Assembly: GCA_951406725.2 (NCBI GenBank) | Contig: OX597820.1 | Location: forward strand, 41,230,001-41,294,000 | DNA from: Octopus vulgaris | Taxonomy: Eukaryota | Direction: 5' to 3' | DNA: 64,000 bases | In this document: piece by piece, positions 52,566 through 64,000 of the stretch | Numbering within the stretch: the stretch's first letter is position 1 | How the letters are laid out: each line of letters opens with the position of its first letter | The notes under the pieces: generated by a model | Seen by the model: only the letters and a program-made list of their open reading frames with translations | Told to the model about the DNA's origin: nothing | Databases searched by the model: none | Program-made: the position numbers and the translations under genes

Positions 52566-52948
52566 CTTTTACTCTCTTTTACTTGTTTCAGTCATTTGAC
52601 TGCGGCCATGCTGGAGCACCGCCTTTAGTCGAGGAAATCGACCCCAGGACTTATTCTTTGTAAGCCCAGTACTTAATCTATCGGTCGCTTTTTTGCCGAA
52701 CCGCTAAGTTACGGAGATGTAAACACACCAACATCGGGGAGACACAAACATAGACACACAAACACACACACATATATACATATACATATATACGACAGGC
52801 TTCTTTCAGTTTCCGTCTACCAAATCCATTTTGGTCGACCCGAAGCTATAGTAGAAGACACTTGCCCGAGGTGCCACGCAGGAGGACTGAACCCGGAACC
52901 ATGTGGTTGGTAAGCAAGCTACTTACCACTCAGCCACTCCTCCGCCTA
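52566..52948 (-). mobile_element. Full-length tRNA-derived SINE family C (CORE-like domain, internal CA/TA microsatellite)
   Basis: Minus-strand head GGCGGAGGAGTGGCTGAGTGGTAAG..GGGTTCAGTCC, then GGCACCTCGGGCAAGTGTCTTCTAC, and tail GGCGGTGCTCCAGCATGGCCGCAGTCAAATGACTGAAACAAGTAAAAGA. Confidence 0.88.
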
Positions 52949-53038
52949 TATCTATATCTATCTACATATATATATATATATATTATATGTATACATACAT
53001 ACATATATATATATATACATACACATACATACATATAT

Positions 53039-53168
<130 letters not shown>

Positions 53169-54405
53169 TACGAGATTTGTAAGAGCAGAGAACATTTTGG
53201 AATGTGGTGCGTTTGAAATATCTTATAATGACATGAGATATATGACTGAAGCAATTATCATTATCGTAATATTATGTATATCCGTATGTATTTATGTGCG
53301 TTTGCATGCGTATGACAAGGCATGATTGAGCGCGCATTTGTAATCCAGTATCTGGAATTCTGAATGATACTAATAACTGCATAGTGCACGTTGATGCAGT
53401 GGTATTCCCCAGTTATAGTTATAGCGACAAAGTAATGTCACGGCTCGACAAATAAATTGGATTGTCGAGTTGAAGATATCTTGCTAATACAAAATGGAGA
53501 GGGTGTAGAAAAGAAATTGTCTAAAATATGAGAAAAGGTAAAGAATTGTCAGAGACACGATGAGATCAATGTGCAGTATTGCTAGTGTTAGTTAGGACGC
53601 CGTGGGTTCATATCTGATGTTTTATTCGGCATAATGTTCTATTCGGCTAATACTGATAAAGGCTAATTTTCAACGAAGTGAAGAGAGAAACAAAAAATGC
53701 TTCATCAGAGATGTGGCAAAAAGCATGCGAGGGAATGACCACAGCTGAGAGCAAAGATTAAATTCTCTGCCAAGCGTAAATAAATAATCGTGGTTTACTA
53801 GTTACAGCTCCTGCAAGTGTTATTTAGTAATTACATCGTTAGAACGAAGTAAGAATCGCGCAGTAATTGAGCTGAAAGAACGAAAATTTTCACAGGCAAT
53901 ATTACTTGCCCCACCCGACAAAATAAGGCGATCATTTTAAAACTGATGTAATAATTACATTGTTTGATTAAATGAAGTAGCATGAAACGATTGTACTACA
54001 CTACCTTTGGATATCCTTGTTGCTTATTTTGATTATAATCACCCCATTTGATTTATATGGATAATACCATACCAAATTCTGTTGCCTTTAACGTAAGTAA
54101 CATATTCATCTGAATCTATATTTTGCTGAACTTATATATATATATATATATATACATACATACATGCATGCATCTATCCAACCATCCATCCAACCATCCA
54201 TCCATCCATCCATCCATCCATCCATCCATCCATCCATCCATCCATACATGCATGCATGTATGTATGCATGCATGCATGCATGTATGCATACATACATACA
54301 TACATACATACATACATACATACGTACCATCTGTCACTTTTGTGACCTCTATTAATTTTGCCATTAGATTTTAATTTCTAACAAGCCACCCTTTTAAATT
54401 TGTTA

Positions 54406-54449
<44 letters not shown>

Positions 54450-54453
54450 TATA

Positions 54454-55094
54454 CTAGCTGGGCCCCGTACCGTCAAAAATGATGGCTAATTGTTGTATTT
54501 TTTATATATAAATAAGGTACAAAACCAAGATTTTGTTTTAATAATTCTTTTATTACTAAATTTTTTTGTGAACAATCTATCGGCAACTAGCATCCTTTCA
54601 CTGCGTGTTTCCTTCTAAAGAATTTTAATGTTTTCCTTTCTTCTTGTTGGCCATGACTAAATACCAAACACAGAGTTGAAATGCTGTTTGATTTTTCTTT
54701 TCAGCGTTGAATATTAACCATCCCAATTCCACGCACACACACATACCCCCCTTTTATATACACACACATATATTCACACAGGGTTGAAACGCTGTTTGAT
54801 TTATTTTTCAGCGTACAATTTTCATCATCCCACTACCAAGTATGACATCACCCCTTCCTTCCTTATTCATCTATTACTCCTTCCTGTCTCATTCATAAAC
54901 ACAAGAGTATTATTATAGTAGATTATCTCGGTAACCATGAGAGCTATAAAAAATACAAAGCCCAGCAACACTACTGGATCATTCTACACATCTGTATAAT
55001 TTTTCGCACAATTCCACCCAGCCGTTTGACCGTGAATCCCAAGACAAGAAAATAAACAAGAAAGAATCACCCATGTCAAATTTATATGTATAGA
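54454..55094 (-). mobile_element. Non-autonomous Helitron, 641 bp
   Basis: The minus strand starts A|TCTATACATATAAA and ends CTAG|T. Subterminal hairpin CCGTCA-AAAA-TGATGG (plus 54470-54485) lies about 12 nt from CTAG. Internal ~60 bp direct repeats at about 54668 and 54776. Confidence 0.8.
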
Positions 55095-55180
55095 TATATG
55101 TGTGTGCGTGTATATATGTGTGTATATATGTATGCATGTATGTATATATATGTATGTGCGTGCATAATATATATATTAGT

Positions 55181-55985
<805 letters not shown>

Positions 55986-56774
55986 ACACTATCGCGCGAA
56001 CATCACACACGCACGCACGCACACACACACATGATAAAATAATAAAATGCTACACCCCATACATTTAAAATGTAGAGTATATATTCATTATTTATTCAAG
56101 TTTGAGCCTTACAGCTGGTCCTGTGTTACAATGAGTTATCACATTATCTAAAGAGTTCTCGAGATAATATGATAACGCACGCGGATTTTGGACCAGCTGT
56201 TAGCTTAAAGACTGAATTAAAGACACCGTGAGTGTGCGTGTCCGTGTGTGTGTGTTCATTACATGATGTCATTTCGGTCAATCGATTAACTGAAACAACA
56301 CTGCGATTTGGCAACATAGTCTCTCTCTATTTATGTCGTACACATTAACAAATGCTAGCAAACCTCGTGAAAAATTCCGTGATCATTTTGAAAACTGTAA
56401 TTTTGTAAGTACACTGGTGTCAAGCAATATGGAACCTTGCATTCTTTTGGACTGCACAATATGCAAGAAGAGGGTAGACTTGCTTGATGGTCAACTGATA
56501 TGTCCTCTACAGCTGTACTTGGATCGAAGTCTTGGAAAGGATACTCCATACTCGCTCCTATATGTCCCTACTAACACAGTTTGAGCCAAACATTTCCATG
56601 AGCAAATGTATGGATAACAAACAATATATATGTGTATACATATGTGTGTGTATGCATGTATATGTGTGTGTGTTTGTGTTTGTGTGTATGTACGTATACA
56701 CACACGTATATGCACAGATACATACATATGCACTCACCAGTTGATATATACTTAAGCCAGCACTCTCACACACA

Positions 56775-57012
56775 TGTATAGGAATACATACATGCATGTA
56801 TACATGCATGTATGTATGTCTGTATATATGTATGTATGCATGAATGCATGTATGTATGTACGTACGTACTCATGTATGTATGGAAGTGTGTATGCATGTA
56901 TGTATGTATGCATGTATGTATGTATGTATGTATGTATGCATGTATGTATGTATGTATGTATGTATGTATGTATGTATGTATGTATGTATGTATGTTTGCA
57001 TGTATGTATGTA
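56775..57012. repeat. (TATG)n microsatellite
   Basis: Directly visible. Similar runs lie at 57783-57878 and 62169-62432. Confidence 0.95.
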
Positions 57013-57634
57013 TTCTGCATTTGCTGCTTGTCCACATTCACTGCAGGTATCTTCCTTTATCAAAGACACTTAATTAACGGACTGCGGTTGTGCACAAAGC
57101 AAAATTAAGCTGCAGGTTAATCCACCAGATTAATGATATAAGGTTGTACTTAATTGGATGAGGTGCTGCTGTTCTATAATACATGCAAACAGAGACAAAA
57201 TCTGTCCATGACAGAACAGATCAAGTTTAAATATGCCAATACTGATAAAACTGTTAAATTTATCTCGTGCAGCTTTGATAATCAATCTGCTACTAATGGG
57301 TACCATTCCTCCTTTCCAGCATGATACCACTCCTTCTTATAACAACACAGCTATCTTAACTATAAATTCATCCATTAATTTGCAGCAGTATAAGCTTCTG
57401 TCTTCTATCTATGTATCTATGTCTATTCACCTGTCGAAACATTTGTTTCTCTATTTCTCTTTCTTGTCGCGTCCTCAAAGTAGGGGAGCTGAAAGGATTA
57501 AAGTCGAGTTACGATGCGATGTGAATGCATCTTTCCTGGGTTGTTTGCGTGGTCGAATGACTGAGAGCGAGAAAGAGAGAAGAAAATTACATAAAGAGAA
57601 ACTATACCATCACTGGATTGATAATTTAAAGCAC

Positions 57635-57689
<55 letters not shown>

Positions 57690-57812
57690 GCGCACGCTTG
57701 CCCCATTCTCTCTCTCCCTTATTCTCCTTTCACTTCTCGCTCTGTAAGTGCGTGCATATATGCATGTATGTATATATATATTTGTATGTATGTATGTATG
57801 TATGTATGTGTG

Positions 57813-57846
<34 letters not shown>

Positions 57847-58496
57847 TGTATGTATGTATGTATGTATGTATGTATGTACGCTACTCAAAATTATAGTAGA
57901 CTTTAAGTATTTTTCCCCTAAATTAATTCTGCCACATAAATAGCAAAGAGAAGGAATGTAATTATTTTGATCCTCTAGTACTGATGACAAATTTGCTAAA
58001 AAATTGTAATAGTGTATCCTGCATGCTGGAAATCTATATGGTCGTATGCTTCCGAGGAGAGCAGTTTATTTCAAATTGATGTAATGTTTTCAATGAACAA
58101 TTAAATGGAGCCGCTTGAAACGGCTGTGATGCACTGATACCTGGACAACCTTGTTACTTATTTGCTTTTATGTAAGTATGTATGTATGTATGTACGTGTG
58201 TGTGTATGTAAGCGTGTATGTATGTATTTCTTTCGCCGAACCACTGAATAATGGGGAACATAAACAAACCAACACTCGATGCTAAAGAACAACAAAAATA
58301 ACAATACAAACCTATATTGCAGAAATTTAGTTTCACTCAAATCATTTTCCACTTTTAATCACGAAAGGGTCAACTTCAGATTTTTATCATTACAGAATTG
58401 ATTAAAGTAAAGAGAGTATGTAAATGTGTAGCATTAATCAGCTACATTTTCTTCTATCCAAAACTGATTTTGTGTCTAAAGTAATATATATATATA

Positions 58497-58991
<495 letters not shown>

Positions 58992-59470
58992 CTATTATAT
59001 ATATATATATATATAGAAAAGGAAATATACGGTACTATATGTGATACCAGAGTTTCTACATCTTTTTATTGCTTATTCATTAATTGATTTTTGTGTTCAA
59101 TGTTACAAAGATGATTAACGAGGAAGAAAAATGCGTAGGAACCAGTTTTTACTTTGGTGTCTTTATTTTAGGGTCAGAAGAGGAAGAAAATGAAACTTTA
59201 TTAACTTGGCAGTGAAAATGAGTGGGAGCTTTCCAAAGAATCAACAGAGTAATTGAAGTAAAAAATGAATACATATTCTACAAAGCTTCCTTGCAATTTC
59301 GATCACCTTCCATTTGTGTGTGTGTGATGTCTTTCTCTCTCTCTCTCAAGCTTTTCATTCCCGCCGTGGTCAATAAAGTAAGAACCAGCTAAGCGCTGAA
59401 TTCTATGTAAACGACGAACACTCTTCCCTTTAAATGTTGCCAAAATTTGAAACAGTTGTTAGCTGGTTCA

Positions 59471-59925
59471 AAGCGGCGAGTTGGCAGAATCGTTAGCAGG
59501 TCGTGCAAAATGCATTGCAGCATTTCGTCCGTCTTTAGGTTCTAAGTTCAAATTACGCCGAAGCCAACTTTGCCTTTGAACCTTTTGGGGGTCGATTATC
59601 TAAGTACCTATTTCTTTACAAGGGGCTAAACATAGAGGGGACAAAGAAGGACAGACATAGGTATTAAGTCGATTACATCGACCCCAGTGCGTCAGTGGTA
59701 CTTAATTTATCGACCCCGAAAGGATGAAAGGCAAAGTCGACCTCGGCGGAATTTGAACTCAGAACTTAACGGCAGACGAAATACCGCTAAGCATTTCGCC
59801 CGACGTGCTAACGTTTCTGCCAGCTCGCCGCCTTAAGTAAGTACCAGTTACGCGCTGAGGTCGATGTAATCGACTAACTCCTCTCCCCAAATTTCAGGTC
59901 TTGTGCCTTTCGTAGAAGGGATTAT
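59471..59925 (+). mobile_element. Older SINE A-related copy interrupted by an antisense family A insertion
   Basis: Head AAGCGGCGAGTTGGCAGAATCGTTAGC runs to ..GGGGTCGATTATCTAAGTACC (59608) and resumes at AGTTACGCGCTGAGGTCGATG (59846). Further degenerate units lie at about 59350-59460 and 59935-60145. Confidence 0.82.
59609..59834 (-). mobile_element. Full-length SINE family A nested antisense in another A copy
   Basis: TAAGTACC is repeated at 59601-59608 and 59838-59845 (TSD). Confidence 0.9.
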
Positions 59926-60255
59926 TATTATTATTAGCAGAATCGGTAGAGCTTCGGGCAAAATGCTAGGCATCATTTCTTCCGGCACTTTATATTCTAA
60001 GTTGAAATATTGTCGAGGTCGACTTCGCCTTTCATACTTTCGGAGATTGATAAAATAAATTGCCAATCAAGTACTGGGACCGATGTAAACGACTTGGCCG
60101 CATTCCCTCAAACCAGCTGGCTTCGTGCCAAACTTAAAATCGTTAATATTAGTTATACTTTTATTGTATTTCATTCACGACCTACCGAATATGGGTAGAG
60201 ATGACCATCTGCTAACAAACTCTTTTAAATCATACGTCATTAAAATTGAGTTATC

Positions 60256-60390
60256 GTTGTTGTTGTTTAGCTTTGGTGAAGCACACCTATAGTTACAGAC
60301 ATTGTTGTTGTTTAGCTTTGGTGAAGCACACCTATAGTTACAGACATTGTTGTTTAGCTTTGGTGAAGCACACCTATAGTTACAGACATT
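60256..60390. repeat. Minisatellite, 3 copies of a 42-45 bp unit
   Basis: (GTT)n-TAGCTTTGGTGAAGCACACCTATAGTTACAGACATT occurs three times. The copies are identical except for the GTT count. Confidence 0.95.
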
Positions 60391-60440
60391 TCAGTCGTGA
60401 CCATCGTGCTTTTGTATGTCTCAAGGGCTACACTGATCAG

Positions 60441-60817
60441 TGGAGGCGCAATGGCCCAGTGGTTAGGGCAGCGGACTCGCGGTCATAGGATCGCGGTTTC
60501 GATTCCCAGACCGGGCGTTGTGAGTGTTTATTGAGCGAAAACACCTAAAGCTCCACGAGGCTCCGGCAGGGATGGTGGTGATCCCTGCTGTACTCTTTCA
60601 CCACAACTTTCTCTTACTTCCTGTTTCTGTTGTACCTGTTTTTCAAAGGGCTGGCCTTGTCACTCTCTGTGTCACGCTGAATATCCCCGAGAACTACGTT
60701 AAGGGTACACGTGTCTGTGGGGTGCCTAGCCACTTACACGTTAATTTCACGAGCAGGCTGTTCCGTTGATTCGGATCAACTGGAACCCTCATCGTCGTAA
60801 CCGACGGAGTGCTTCCA
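60441..60817 (+). mobile_element. Full-length tRNA-derived SINE family B
   Basis: A box TGGCCCAGTGGTTAGGGC, B box GGTTTCGATTCCC. The body is homologous to the 9850 and 58603 copies. Confidence 0.92.
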
Positions 60818-62732
60818 AATAACAACAGCAGGCCATATTTATTTCTTGACACACCTCCCTTCTTTTCTTCATTTTCTTTTCCTTCCTATTGATCCATCCT
60901 CTTTTTATCAAATCTGCTTCTAATTGCTACCCCCAACTTTACACCCCTCTCTCTGCTCCTTCCTCCGCCATCTTCAACATTTAACTCTTTATTCTTTTTT
61001 TTTCTACTTATTTCATTCTCACCTCCTTCAAATTTTTTTTCCTGTGCCTACCTTCTTCCCCTCCTACTTGTCTCTATATCTTCCGCCTCGTCATTATCTA
61101 CCTTTTTTCCTTCCTGTTTTCTACAAAGCTAAACTATACTAGTAATCAGACAGCCCCAAATTTTCAAACCTCTTCATGTATTTATTATTATATTTACTTA
61201 TTTATTTATCTATTTATTTATCTACTTAGCTTCCAGTTCCCTACACACACCTTAACAAGAACGCCTTATTCATATTTTAAAAGCGGCGCTGTTTTTATTG
61301 ATTTACTGTATTAGGGGGTTTAAGATAAGGCATTCACGGGTAGGGTTTTTTTGGGGGGGTGGGAGGGTGGAAGAGTTTGTCTTCTAACAGTGAGTATGCG
61401 TGTGTGACCTTATAAATATGTATGTATTTTAGATTGTCAATCTGTAGCTGTCTATGTCCACGTGTACACGATCACCCTTTTCTCCCCGTTACCTCAATCC
61501 ACACATATCTACAGGAAAAAAAAAAAGGGAACAAAAAACAAAATAATAAAAGAAAGATATAGCTCCTTTCCGCGTTTACCTCTACAGCACACTTTCCCCA
61601 GCCTTTCACTTGATATAGGGTGAATAAGTTGAAGGCACGACGGATGTGAAATGGATGGCGAAACTTAAGGGATCTGAGATTTGAAACCAGGGTAATTTTT
61701 GTTATTGTTTTTTTTGTTTTTTTTTTTGCTATTTCAGAAAAGGGGACGCCCACGTGCTGGGCAGTCAGCCAACTTGGATAAGTGACACACGACCAGCATT
61801 TTGAACGTTTAAAACTCACCCGCCCATTCCACACCATTTTCTACCAAAAGGGGGTAGACCTAATTTCGTTTCGTGGTCGGATTAAACGGCATCAGCTGTG
61901 TCCGTGTGATTCCAACTGTGTGCGTGTGTTATTGTCGCTCCTCTGGCTGCGGCTATCTGCGTGTGTGTGTGTGATTGTGTGTGTGTGTCTGTGAGTGTGT
62001 GTATGTATGTGTGTGTGCACGCATGCATACAAGCATACAGAGAAATAAACACATACACGCATACACACACATATATAACATATATGTATTGCTTGCTCTG
62101 GTTTGATGGTTAGCTAACTAAATGACCGGGTGAAGGTTATAGATGTATGCTCCAAAGATCGTATTTTTGTATGTATGTACGCATGCAAGCACATATGTAT
62201 GTATGCATGCGTGTATGTATGTATGTATGTATGTATGTATGTATGTATGTATGTATGTATGCATGCATGCATGCATGCATATGTATGTATGTATGTATGT
62301 ATGCATGCATGCGTATGTATTTATGTGTGTATGTATGTATGTATGTATGTATGTATGTATGTATGTATGTATGTATGTATGCATGCATGCATGCGTATGT
62401 ATTTATGTATGTATGTATGTATGTATGTATGTTATGTATCTATGTAGCTAGCTGCTATGAATGTGAAATTTTTTTTTATAAAAAGTGTTCGTAATTTTTA
62501 TTCATATTTACATTTTTCGAAAGACGTAAAAGAGTTAATAACAAAGTGACAAAGTTCTGTTGGGCTGAAGACAATTTCACGGATTTCTGAATGTCGGCCA
62601 AATAATGTGAGTATATATGTTGATGATTATGCGGATATGCTTACATTCATGTAATAGGTGTACATATTACTTTAGTAATACGAGTGTGCATCATTAATCT
62701 TTATATACGAGTATGCCATATGTAGCCCAGAG

Positions 62733-62965
62733 AAGGCGGCGAGCTGGCAGAAACGTTAGCACGCAGGGCGAAATGCGTAGCCGTATTTCGTCTGTCGTTA
62801 CGTTCCGAGTTCAAAATCCGCCGAGGTCGAATTTGCCTTTTATCCTTTCGGGGTCGATAAATTAAGTACCAGTTACGCAATGGGATCGATGTAATTGACT
62901 TAATCCCTTTATCTGTCCTTGTTTGTCTCCTCTATGTTTTAGCCCCTTGTGGGTAGTAAAGAAAT
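62733..62965 (+). mobile_element. Full-length SINE family A with ~16 bp TSD
   Basis: ATATGTAGCCCAGAGA (62718-62733) and ATATGTAGACCAGAGA (62966-62981). Confidence 0.92.
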
Positions 62966-63266
62966 ATATGTAGACCAGAGACTAAGAATGACTTCATTTA
63001 ATAAAATTAAAACTGAGAATCTTTCAAATGTTTTACAACTCTTTATTGTACTGTACCATTAACCACTTAGATTTAGAGGTTAGGATGCAGTTTGCATTGC
63101 TCTTTCTTCGAAAATGCTGCCGTCTCCGGGCTTTTATGGAAATCTTTTGTCACATAACTAACAGCAACTATGATAATAGAATACGTACACATGAGAATCT
63201 AGATCGAGGATACAAGAACTGCAAGTTGTACATTAACGTACCATAGATTTTATTCATTATATATAT

Positions 63267-63499
63267 ATAATAGTATTTTATAAACTTACAGCTTATAAGC
63301 AATCATCGTGCAACGACTAAAGAAAATAGTCTAATAATTGAGCATAGAAGCTGTCGACGTAAAAAAAAGTAGGTTTTCCCACGCATACGGGAAAAACCAC
63401 TCTTTTCCGTCGAGGGTTTATATGCCCCATTATTAGACTATTTTCTTTAGTCATTGCACTGTGATCGCTTATAATTTTAAGCTTATGAAATACTATTAT
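63267..63499. repeat. Long imperfect palindrome (about 112 bp arms, 8 nt loop), probable decayed MITE
   Basis: GACTAAAGAAAATAGTCTAATAAT pairs with ATTATTAGACTATTTTCTTTAGTC. Pairing extends out to ATAATAGTATTT/AAATACTATTAT and in to TTTTCCC-ACGCATAC-GGGAAAA. Confidence 0.88.
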
Positions 63500-63699
63500 T
63501 ATTATTATTTACAGAACTGCAAAATCTGACGCTGTTTATCAAAACCATCTCATACATACATAGGTACATAGATACATACATACATACATACACACACACA
63601 TATATATATATAGAGAGAGAAATGGGGAGAGGGTGGAGGAGGAGAGAGAGCTATTTTTATATGTATATTTACGTATATATTATGTATGTTTTTAATTTG

Positions 63700-64000
63700 T
63701 GAAGGCGCATGGCTCAGTGGTTAGACCGTCGAGCTTACGATCGTGAGGTTGTGAGTTCGATTCCCGGACCGGGCTGAGTGTTGTGTTAGCAGTAGAAATG
63801 CGTTGCGACGTCACTGGAATCACTGGTGCTAAGCTGCATAGGCTTTTGTCTTTTCCTTGGATAATATCGGTGGCGGGGAGAAAGGAGGCTGGTATGCATG
63901 GGTGAATGCCAATCTTCTATAAGCAACCTTGCCCGGATTTGTGCCTCGGAGGGTAACTTTCTAGGTGCAATCCCATAGTCATTTATGATCGAAGGGGGTG
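63700..64000 (+). mobile_element. tRNA-headed SINE with a different body, running off the window end
   Basis: TGAAGGCGCATGGCTCAGTGGTTAGA..GATCGTGAGGTTGTGAGTTCGATTCCCGG. The head is similar to that of the 11574-11898 element, but the downstream body is different. Confidence 0.78.

Noticed and set aside
57233-57943. 236 aa ORF
   Set aside because: It is a patchwork of a SINE A fragment (about 57485-57510), (CT)n and (TATG)n repeats, with no recognisable domain.

Overview
AT-rich, repeat-saturated eukaryotic DNA, either intronic or intergenic. The microsatellite load and SINE families suggest an octopus or other coleoid cephalopod, which is my inference and is unverified. No intact protein-coding gene, rRNA, true tRNA or CRISPR array is supported, and almost all of the ORF track is translated microsatellite. 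The real coding signal comes from decayed transposable elements: a full-length D34D mariner (17167-18483), a 5'-truncated Chapaev3-type transposase (46403-47830), R4/Dong-like RT and endonuclease fragments (20172-21010, 33304-33665), and 3' ends of an RTE-like and a CR1/L2-like LINE. There are also at least four tRNA-derived SINE families (my labels A, B, C, V), a non-autonomous Helitron, several MITEs and four long fold-back palindromes. The most interesting observations are (i) a SINE-A concatemer with three identical self-complementary junctions, (ii) a palindrome family whose substitutions are mirrored in both arms, (iii) nested inverted SINEs at 58.6-60.8 kb that could form dsRNA, (iv) a SINE/LINE shared tail plus chimeric SINEs, and (v) three phase-compatible candidate exons at 48.9-50.0 kb. 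I cannot claim a new biological system from this sequence alone. All family assignments come from recalled motifs, not database searches.
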